Part shown: positions 28,234-35,147 of the stretch, piece after piece
How positions within the stretch are numbered: position 1 is the first letter of the stretch
Layout of the letters: each line of letters opens with the position of its first letter
Virus record (IMG/VR): IMGVR_UViG_2802429245_000015
Reading direction: 5' to 3' (one strand)
Origin: a virus
Taxonomy: Duplodnaviria; Heunggongvirae; Uroviricota; Caudoviricetes
Length of the DNA stretch: 35,147 nucleotides
Made by a program: the position numbers and the translations under genes
The notes under the pieces: generated by a model
The model's input: the letters and a program-made list of their open reading frames with translations, nothing else
Told to the model about the DNA's origin: nothing
The model's database searches: none

Positions 28234-28474
28234 TCACGTCTGATGGTTTAAGCCCCAGCCTGCGGCGAATAAATTCGTCGCGGGCTTTTTTGTTATCCAG
28301 TGAAACTTCATCTGCAATAATATTAATTTCATGCTGGATAATATTCACAGTAACACGCGCAGACAGCCCTTCACGGATAGCAATATCAATAATATCGCGC
28401 ATACGCTCAAGCATTTTAGCCTTCACCAGTTCTTCATCCAGATCTTTGGGGATAAATGTGATTTCATCGTTCAT
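28193..28474 (-). CDS. hypothetical 93-aa protein
   Basis: ORF in the AT-richer segment; charged, helical. Confidence 0.45.
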   Translation of the reverse strand: MNDEITFIPKDLDEELVKAKMLERMRDIIDIAIREGLSARVTVNIIQHEINIIADEVSLDNKKARDEFIRRRLGLKPSDVITPERLVEALFQR

Positions 28475-28794
28475 TTTGCAGTTCTCAGAATAAATTCAGG
28501 ATAAAAATTCATACTCATTTGCTGTAATACATTCAACGCGGCAACCGCAGCCTGCTTATCATTCCCTTTGGCTATTCCTTTTAATTCTCTGATAATCCAT
28601 GCCGGGCTAAGCGCCTCAGCCATTTCCAGTCGGGCGTCGTTAAAAAGCAATAGCTCTGCATCATCATGTTTTTCGTCTTCCAGATAAGATACGAGCTTAT
28701 CCGCTGATTCCCTGCTCATTCCGCCAGCCATCAATGTGGCCCGAAACTCCGCATGCAGGGTTACTTCTTGTGTTATCATTTCATTCACCTTCAC
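28471..28794 (-). CDS. hypothetical protein (about 102-107 aa; ATG at 28777-28779 or GTG at 28792-28794)
   Basis: ORF; its ATG lies 2 nt after the stop of the upstream zinc-ribbon ORF. Confidence 0.45.
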   Translation of the reverse strand: MKVNEMITQEVTLHAEFRATLMAGGMSRESADKLVSYLEDEKHDDAELLLFNDARLEMAEALSPAWIIRELKGIAKGNDKQAAVAALNVLQQMSMNFYPEFILRTAK

Positions 28795-28930
28795 AATTCA
28801 CGCATGCCGTGTCATCGCCCATATCGCAGTGGTTGCATTTCTGCTCGCCACAATAAGGGCACTCTTTCAGATATTCAGGGACTTCATTACCGCAGGCCGG
28901 GCATTCCTGCTTTTCGTTTACGTTATTCAT
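28781..28930 (-). CDS. small double zinc-ribbon protein (49 aa, four CxxC pairs); absent from the ORF track
   Basis: Hand translation: MNNVNEKQECPACGNEVPEYLKECPYCGEQKCNHCDMGDDTACVNCEGE; GAGGAGG 9 nt upstream of the ATG at 28928-28930. Confidence 0.5.
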   Translation of the reverse strand: MNNVNEKQECPACGNEVPEYLKECPYCGEQKCNHCDMGDDTACVNCEGE

Positions 28931-29105
28931 TCCTTAATACCTCCTCGCAATAAAAGATTTCACTGGGATAACGTTTTTGTATGCGCTCCATCACCTGCAT
29001 ACATGACTGCTCTGTGGGCCAGATTTTTTCCGTTACGGGTATGGCATCACAGGCATCATTCCCGCAGGTGCCAACCAGCAGGACAAAGCCAATTGACTTA
29101 ATCAC
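28923..29105 (-). CDS. small Cys-rich, probably exported protein (about 60 aa from GTG 29103-29105)
   Basis: GTG preceded by GGAG at 7-nt spacing; MIKSIGFVLLVGTCGNDACD... has a signal-peptide-like N-terminus with a non-canonical lipobox; four further Cys. The track lists a longer 78-aa version (28923-29159). Confidence 0.4.
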   Translation of the reverse strand: MIKSIGFVLLVGTCGNDACDAIPVTEKIWPTEQSCMQVMERIQKRYPSEIFYCEEVLRNE

Positions 29106-29382
29106 TGCTCGTCTCCATCTGTTCCAGGCGCTGCGCTTCGCGCATACACAGCTGCGCAATCATCATCTGGCGGGTAATGCCTGCACGAATAAACGAAGCT
29201 GCGCGACGGAGATTTTTTGCATTCGCCTGTTGAATCAATGCAGGTACTGATGCCAGACATTCGGCGCTGTCTTTAATCAGCGTTGCTGCTGTTATTTCTG
29301 TTTTTTGTCGTTCACTCTTTGTGGTCATAAACATCACCATTTCAGATTCAGGCGCGAGCAATCCCCTGACGCATCGCGCCAT
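29098..29382 (-). CDS. hypothetical protein (up to 94 aa; start uncertain)
   Basis: First ORF downstream of gam. Confidence 0.45.
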   Translation of the reverse strand: MARCVRGLLAPESEMVMFMTTKSERQKTEITAATLIKDSAECLASVPALIQQANAKNLRRAASFIRAGITRQMMIAQLCMREAQRLEQMETSSD

Positions 29383-29422
29383 AATTAAAAGAAAGTGAAT
29401 TAATTAAATATTCGTGGTGATA

Positions 29423-29947
29423 TTAAATACCGGCTTCCTGTTCAAACGGAATAATAGAAAAATCTTCAATGCCCGATTTAACTGTAATTCCGGCAACACC
29501 TGCGACCGCTTTCGGTTCCAGTAAAATCGCTTCCTTGTTGATTTCCTGTTTCGTGCGAATAAAGCGTTGCAGGCCAAGACGCTCCAGCGTTTCCATCACC
29601 GCATCCACACCGCGAATACTTACCGATGGTGGGCGCTGACGCCATGACACATCGCCGGTTACCAGGTTCGCCGTCTTCACCTTGCCGCCGTTCGTCAGTT
29701 CGTCACGGTTCGCTTCACACCACCCCTGAACGCCTTTTGAAAGGGTTTCAATACTGGTTTTAAGGGGCGCAATCTGTGAGGCGTATTTCTCCGTAATCTC
29801 AGCGATAGCGTCATTCATTTCCGTTTCAAGTCGTGCTGCTTCGCGTTGCAGGTCACCAATCCGGCGGATATCACATACCACGGCATCGCGGGATTGCGGA
29901 ACATAAGCCGCTGCGGCGTTCTTGATTCGTTTTGCTGGTTTAGCCAT
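29423..29947 (-). CDS. gam: Gam host-nuclease inhibitor (Ku-like DNA-end binding)
   Basis: 174 aa; MAKPAKRIKNAAAAYVPQSRDAVVCDIRRIGDLQREAARLETEMNDAIAEITEKYA...GITVKSGIEDFSIIPFEQEAGI matches remembered Mu Gam along its length. Confidence 0.85.
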   Translation of the reverse strand: MAKPAKRIKNAAAAYVPQSRDAVVCDIRRIGDLQREAARLETEMNDAIAEITEKYASQIAPLKTSIETLSKGVQGWCEANRDELTNGGKVKTANLVTGDVSWRQRPPSVSIRGVDAVMETLERLGLQRFIRTKQEINKEAILLEPKAVAGVAGITVKSGIEDFSIIPFEQEAGI

Positions 29948-29967
29948 ATAAATAAAGCTCCTGTTAA

Positions 29968-30267
29968 TTAATATTCGCTGTATACAATGCTGGATACAGC
30001 ACGATTGCTTAATTCCATCTTTTGGGCAATGACATGAATAGCCAGCCCGTCTTTATAAAGTTCTCGACACAAATATTTGTCGTGCTCACTGATTCGATAT
30101 GCACACAACGATATTCCGTGCCTTCTGGCGTGTGCCCGGAGGGCGGTTGTGGCAACGTTCAGTTTTTTCGCCATTTCCTCGACGGTCATTTTCCCGACAC
30201 TGGCTTCGATAAATTCCCGGTCTTCGCGTGACCAGCGTTTACGCTTACACATCATTCCGGTCACCAC
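29968..30267 (-). CDS. small helix-turn-helix DNA-binding protein (likely ATG start at 30253-30255, about 95 aa)
   Basis: Two HTH-like segments (MTVEEMAKKLNVATTALRAHARRHGI and LAIHVIAQKMELSNRAVSSIV); basic N-terminus. Confidence 0.5.
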   Translation of the reverse strand: MVTGMMCKRKRWSREDREFIEASVGKMTVEEMAKKLNVATTALRAHARRHGISLCAYRISEHDKYLCRELYKDGLAIHVIAQKMELSNRAVSSIVYSEY

Positions 30268-30687
30268 TCAGTACAACAGGGGTTCGCGCAGTGATGCCGG
30301 AATATGCCGCAGCGATAACTGAACCGCTTTCAGGGCAAGGGAAGAATACGTCCCCTGCGTCCAGCCTTTCGCCATTTGCCGGTAATCGCGCCAGATGTTC
30401 TGCCACTGCTCCCGTGCGTCCGGGTCTGACGCGCTGATGTATTCTCGGCCCATGACGTATTCCCATAAATCCACATTGAAGGCATTGCCAAACGTAATGG
30501 CGCGGAATACCGCCTCCCCGCAATAACGCGCACAAATGCTGTAATGGTCGAATGCAATCAGGTAAGTCTTTTCGCCATACCCCTCAACTTCGCGCGCGCA
30601 AATAAATTCGCGCAAGTCTCCGCCATTGTTATTACGCATTTTGATTCGAATTAATGCCTGGATTTCGTTTCTGATTTTGGCGTTCAT
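30268..30687 (-). CDS. hypothetical 139-aa early protein
   Basis: ORF with AGGAA RBS 8 nt upstream of the ATG at 30685-30687. Confidence 0.45.
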   Translation of the reverse strand: MNAKIRNEIQALIRIKMRNNNGGDLREFICAREVEGYGEKTYLIAFDHYSICARYCGEAVFRAITFGNAFNVDLWEYVMGREYISASDPDAREQWQNIWRDYRQMAKGWTQGTYSSLALKAVQLSLRHIPASLREPLLY

Positions 30688-30701
30688 TGTCAGCGTTCCT
30701 T

Positions 30702-30965
30702 TCAGTGACGTGTTCCTTCAACTGTCGCTTCTGTGACACTGCCACCCGAAATGACGCCATCATTTTTCAGTATTTCAATGGCCTCATGGGCTGACTCGCG
30801 AACGATATCCCGGCTTTTTTCCAGAACCAGTAACGCTATCGCACCAGCAAGCGTGTACTCATCACCATCCAGTTCTGCGCTGTGGTCCACGTTAACATTG
30901 GTGCGTAAATGCTGCCCTTTAACTTCAGATGTCACATTTTTGATTTCGATAATGACTTTTGCCAT
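30702..30965 (-). CDS. hypothetical 87-aa acidic early protein
   Basis: ATG at 30963-30965 with GAGGA 8 nt upstream (track ORF extends 18 codons further without an RBS). Confidence 0.45.
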   Translation of the reverse strand: MAKVIIEIKNVTSEVKGQHLRTNVNVDHSAELDGDEYTLAGAIALLVLEKSRDIVRESAHEAIEILKNDGVISGGSVTEATVEGTRH

Positions 30966-30997
30966 TTTGTTATTCCTCACAAATAAATAAGCCGTTA

Positions 30998-31225
30998 TTA
31001 ACGCCAGATAATCTGGCAACCATTAAGGCGTGCCGTCCATACTGAACGGGCAACCCCTGATTTATGCTCCATAATCCTGACAGCGTTTCTGACCAGCTCC
31101 GGTGGCGGGCAGGTGATTTCAAGTACCGGGCGGGCCACGCCCAGCCAGGATTCGTTGACGTGGCTGCCGCGCTCCTGTAACCAGGTCTTTACTTCCGTCG
31201 CCATTTTGATATTACGAGACATCAT
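30998..31225 (-). CDS. small early protein immediately after B (Kil-like by position only)
   Basis: 75-aa ORF whose start overlaps the B stop; Mu kil occupies this position. Confidence 0.3.
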   Translation of the reverse strand: MMSRNIKMATEVKTWLQERGSHVNESWLGVARPVLEITCPPPELVRNAVRIMEHKSGVARSVWTARLNGCQIIWR

Positions 31226-32181
31226 GATTCAGCATCCCCTTGCACACCCAGCAGCATCGAAACATCAACGTCCTGGTCTAACTCTTTGTAAGCCTCACGC
31301 AGATAATCCTCATTAACACGTTCACCTTTACCGAAGGCATTCATAACAGCAAGGCGCAGCGTTTGATTTATAATGCGGAGCGCACCAGGCGTTTGTGCAA
31401 TCTGCTGTAATAATTCCCGTTCATTTTTCCCGGTAATCTGCCAGGCATCCGCAATTGCGTTTACATCGTCTTCTTTGGTTTTATTAATTGCTGTGCGCTT
31501 TGCAATACGGGAAAACAGACGGGCAAACTCAATTGTTCTGTCGCCATTAGCGGTCATATTTGAATAAACACGGTGATTCCCCATCAGAACCAGACCAATA
31601 CAGGCGGACTCCTGTAACAGACGGAGCTCTTCCAGCGCTTCGGTGTCAAGGTGATCAGCTTCGTCAACAATGACCAGTCCCTGCGTCCCTTTCAGGCGGC
31701 GACGCAGATTACGGGAAAGCGGCCCTTTGCGACATGGTGCATTATTCATTCCCAACTCTTCGGCAAGTTCAGTCAGACATTCCAGCGTACTGGCACGGGA
31801 TGGCGCGATGGTGATCATCCAGACATTATTATTAGTGCGACAAAATTCACGGGCTGCTTCGCTTTTACCCACTCCTGGATTGCCACAGATAACAGCAATG
31901 GTTCCGGTCAGATTAGCAAAACGCATACTTGTCCAGATTTGACGGGCTGTTGCAGTTTCCACAAAACGCGGGGGTTCCGGCAGTTCTTCTGCGCGGTGAT
32001 AGTTTTCCAGCCAGCGTTCCAGTGTGCGCCCGACTGATTCCATGTTGCCGTTATATTTATCATTCACAAAACCACTGACTGTGCTCAGGGCCACGCCTGA
32101 TTCACTGGCGATGCGTGTCAGCGTGGTTTCTCCATTGTCTACAAGCGTGCGCAGTCCTGCGCGAATATCGGAAATATTCAT
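31222..32181 (-). CDS. B: MuB-type AAA+ ATPase / target DNA activator
   Basis: 319 aa; [14 protein letters not shown]... N-terminus, Walker [15 protein letters not shown], ...[14 protein letters not shown]...[18 protein letters not shown]..., matching remembered MuB over its full length. Confidence 0.9.
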   Translation of the reverse strand: MNISDIRAGLRTLVDNGETTLTRIASESGVALSTVSGFVNDKYNGNMESVGRTLERWLENYHRAEELPEPPRFVETATARQIWTSMRFANLTGTIAVICGNPGVGKSEAAREFCRTNNNVWMITIAPSRASTLECLTELAEELGMNNAPCRKGPLSRNLRRRLKGTQGLVIVDEADHLDTEALEELRLLQESACIGLVLMGNHRVYSNMTANGDRTIEFARLFSRIAKRTAINKTKEDDVNAIADAWQITGKNERELLQQIAQTPGALRIINQTLRLAVMNAFGKGERVNEDYLREAYKELDQDVDVSMLLGVQGDAES

Positions 32182-32219
32182 CTAAATAACCTCGTAATTA
32201 AATTTTGTTTAAACGTTAA

Positions 32220-34208
32220 TTAAATGGCTTTTTTACGTCTTTTCTGTTCCAGAATATCCAGTGACTGATTCAGATATTCATCACGAGCGGGTTCGTATTT
32301 ATCATCGGGGGTGCGATATTTAACCCGTACTGTGTTACCCACAGGCCGGAAAATACCAACAACCCTTGATTCTGGTGCTGCTGGTTCGGCTATCTGCGGC
32401 AGCAGTTCAGCAACTTCCAGCGCGTCCATTTGTTTCTGCGCCTTAATGGCTGCTTTAGTTGCAGATTTCAGTTGTTTCTGGCGGCGGCGATATTCACGGC
32501 CTGCCGCAGCATCATTAAATGCAACAGGTGCCAGACATTCCGCTTCACAGATAAATCGACCGTCCAGGGTGTAACAATAAACCGTGCTGTGTAGCTGCTG
32601 CGGATCAAACCTGACCACAACTTTTTTCACGCCGGCATTCATTAACGCCATGTTGTAATAAACGTTTTTTGCGCCTTTTAGGGAGCCGCCAACTTTTAGC
32701 GTAAACTCGCCTTTGCGTGAAACGTTCACCGCCTCAGCAGGCAGTAACAGCATCCGTTTTTGTTCTTCGGTTGGCTTACGCACAATCGTTCTGGCGTATT
32801 CACGCTCGAAAACATCATCGAACGAGAGTTTGCCCCCGCACATTTCTGTTTCACGGCCTGTTCTGGCATTGAACATCGCAACACCTTCAGCAAGGGTTTT
32901 CAGAAACAGCTCTGCATCAACAGCACGGTCGCCATAGTTATCAGGTTTTGCCTGCGGATTTGGCCCCGTATATGCGCCAGCCAGTGCCGGATGCTTATCA
33001 ACGTATTCCTCAAGCCCACCAACACCGAAAGCACGTTCAACAGGTTTTGCCTGGCCCCAGCCTTTACCGGCAACAACGCTTGTCCAGTGCATTTTTGCGC
33101 CCATCAGTAAAAACAGTCCCTTTGGATCGTCCTCTTTCACCTTAAAGCGGTAACGATTGGGCGCGCCCCCCGTCAGCCATTTATTCGCTGCACCATGGGT
33201 GTTATCAATGGTGATGTGAAAATCCTCCGGGATACCGTAGCGAGTCACAACATCCATGAACGAGAGGCGAATTGAATCAATGTTCTCGCTCACATCGCAG
33301 CGCCAGCCCAAAATTTTTCGGGTTTTCACATCCTGCCAGAACCATGTTTTCGGGCGGATCACATCACCGTTAAACCAGCGTACAAAGACGTTATGCAGAT
33401 AACCGTCGCCGTTGATCCACTGCATGGCGTCCAGGTGTTCCACAGTTCGCTGCTGTGCCGGTATCAGATGCATCAGTGCATGTTCACCTTCACGACAGGC
33501 AACAACCATTGCCTCGTCCAGTTGCTGAATCCGGCGAAAGGCCGTGGCGCGGGAGGGAATACACCAGCCATGCTCGCGTGCTGCCAGTTCCAGACGCTCA
33601 TAACATTTGCGGAAGGCGGGTTTTTCCGGTCGCAGATAATCTGCAATCAGAAACTGCCAGGCATCCTCGTCAAATTCACTTTTGTGAACATTGCGACGAG
33701 ATGCACCACGTCCATCAACAAGTGCAGCCGCCCAGTCAGGCTTCGCAAACTTCTGTACCTGGTAATACTTGTCCCGCAAAGTGGATGCGCTGACCTGGTA
33801 ATGCCCTGCAACGGTCGCAAAAGCCGTTTTCGTTGAAATCCCCTGGTTCAGCATTTCGTCTGCAGCCTGAACCGCAGGCAACCATTTTTCAGCAAGTCTG
33901 CGCTGGGAATCGCTGGCGTTATCCCATTTGCTCCACAGTGCCTCACGATCATAATCATGGGCTTCCAGCGTGGGGCGGGCGATTTCAAAATACCCCTGAC
34001 TTGTTTCAATTCTCCCTTGTTGCAACAGAATTTCAGCACGTAATGCGACAGGGAATGATTTGATATTGAATTCAAATGATACACCTTTAGTTCCTGCAAC
34101 CTGCCTGAACTCCCAGCCTTCTCTTTGTGCCTTACGTGTAATGTTAGTGGCTTGCTTTGGTAAACCTGCCAAACCGAGCAACTCTTTTGCTGTATACCAT
34201 TCTTTCAT
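32220..34208 (-). CDS. A: MuA-type DDE transposase
   Basis: 662 aa; from [60 protein letters not shown]... onward matches remembered MuA; the N-terminal DNA-binding domain diverges from Mu A (as described for D108). Confidence 0.95.
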
Positions 34209-34215
34209 AGCGCAC

Positions 34216-34437
34216 CTAGTATCGAGACGGCCAAATATCTTGCGGTGTCATTCCCAGTGCATCTGCAATGATTTTCTCCGCTTTCGGATATCTCTTATCC
34301 AAAGCATTTTTTAATGTTGAAGACGAAAGATGATTAGATCTTCCCAATTCAGCTAGTGACATATTGCGTTTTCGTAGCTCTGCAACGATGTCAGCTCTGT
34401 GCCAATCTTGGCGGTTAGTTCTTTTATTCATATGCAT
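34216..34437 (-). CDS. ner: Ner-like DNA-binding early regulator (Ner/Nlp family)
   Basis: 73 aa; [25 protein letters not shown]...[32 protein letters not shown] carries the Ner/Nlp signature; 7 bp upstream of A. Confidence 0.8.
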
Positions 34438-34622
34438 TTCGTGTAATCCTTTCAGATTCCCCCGTGAGCTACGCTATAAAGTAGCTCACGGCATATCGTG
34501 TAATGTAGTGTGGAATCATTTTCAAATCAATAGTGATTTGAAAAGATTTACCATAATTTCACATAACGGTATGATTTTTATATGAATTTATTTTTCCTCT
34601 ATTGAAATCGCTAGGATTTTAA
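34438..34622. promoter_or_regulatory. divergent early/repressor promoter-operator region
   Basis: Inverted repeat ccgtgagctac (34462-34472) / gtagctcacgg (34481-34491) around gctataaa; inverted repeat ttttcaaatca (34519-34529) / tgatttgaaaa (34534-34544); direct repeat tcgtgtaat at 34439-34447 and 34496-34504; candidate repressor promoter TTTACC-N17-TATGAT on the + strand. Confidence 0.6.
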
Positions 34623-35147
34623 ATGATGTCTTTTGAAATCAAAGAATGGTTTAATGCGAAAGAGCTGGAAGGGATGCCTGGTGTACCAAAGTTGGCGACT
34701 AACATTACCAGGAAAGCTGTGGCGGAAGATTGGGTAAAACGTCAGCGTCACGGTGGGAAAGGTGTCGCTTATGAGTATCACATCAACAGTCTGCCAGAAG
34801 AAACACGTAGGGCCATTAAAGGAACCTCACTTTCTGATAAACCAGTGCATACATCAATCGCCCATACAGTTGATGAGAGGCTAATTTATGCAATGAGCTT
34901 CTTAACACCAGATGAGCAGGCCGCAGCTGTGGAGATCATTCGTGTAGCAGGGATTAAAGGACTTATGCCTACAATTGTCAGTAAAGATAAGGCATTAGAG
35001 GCATTAGGGATTACTGTGGAGCAACAGAAAACCCTGCAAACTCTTCAGGCATTACCACCGGAAAAAGTAAGAGAGATTTTGTCTCAGTATGAAGGCAAAG
35101 AACATAATTTCCCTGCAAGAGAAAACGATGTAAAGAAAGCCGTATAA
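34623..35147 (+). CDS. c: prophage repressor c (Mu/D108 Repc-type)
   Basis: 174 aa, divergent from ner; C-terminus ...LPPEKVREILSQYEGKEH...KKAV resembles Mu repressor; N-terminus [26 protein letters not shown] is homologous to the A N-terminus in this window ([26 protein letters not shown]). Confidence 0.75.
   Translation: MMSFEIKEWFNAKELEGMPGVPKLATNITRKAVAEDWVKRQRHGGKGVAYEYHINSLPEETRRAIKGTSLSDKPVHTSIAHTVDERLIYAMSFLTPDEQAAAVEIIRVAGIKGLMPTIVSKDKALEALGITVEQQKTLQTLQALPPEKVREILSQYEGKEHNFPARENDVKKAV

Noticed and set aside
28923-29159. Track's 78-aa version of the Cys-rich ORF overlapping the 3' end of ORF 29098-29382
   Set aside because: The longer form needs 60 bp of overlap with the upstream gene and has no RBS; the internal GTG at 29103-29105 with GGAG 7 nt upstream is the more plausible start.
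32220-34208. Transposase as evidence of an independent IS element or transposon
   Set aside because: The DDE transposase sits in canonical Mu context (ner-A-B) and is the phage's own replication enzyme; no separate IS ends were seen.
1-35147. CRISPR array, tRNA or rRNA genes
   Set aside because: No regularly spaced short direct repeats and no cloverleaf-like tRNA candidates seen by eye; the only repeats are the fibre-gene repeats, the 26-bp hairpin element and operator palindromes. A tRNA or repeat finder would be needed to be certain.

Overview
The whole 35.1 kb window is one nearly complete Mu/D108-like transposable prophage, lying inverted relative to the usual Mu map. Almost every gene is on the minus strand. 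Reading from high to low coordinates: repressor c (+ strand, 34623-35147), an operator region, ner, transposase A, ATPase B, four small early genes, gam, six small early genes (one on the + strand), gemA, mor, an intrinsic terminator, a GH108 endolysin and membrane/lysis genes, terminase, portal, F, I, major head, tail sheath, tube, tape measure, baseplate, two tandem tail-fibre plus chaperone modules, and com-mom at the far end. The window starts on the mom stop codon and ends on the c stop codon, so both prophage ends lie just outside. The A, B, ner, c, gam, mor and com products were recognised from remembered Mu protein sequences; most structural genes are assigned by size, order and family-level resemblance, since no database search was possible. 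I did not find a clear multi-gene defence system. What stands out is (1) no recognisable late activator C between mor and the lysis gene, no gin invertase and no G gene, (2) a 26-bp hairpin plus A/T-run element repeated perfectly in front of the lysis and head operons, (3) an AT-richer accessory island between gemA and gam with a convergent + strand gene and unannotated small Cys-rich proteins, and (4) a 1032-aa side tail fibre with in-frame internal DNA repeats. No tRNA, rRNA or CRISPR array was seen.
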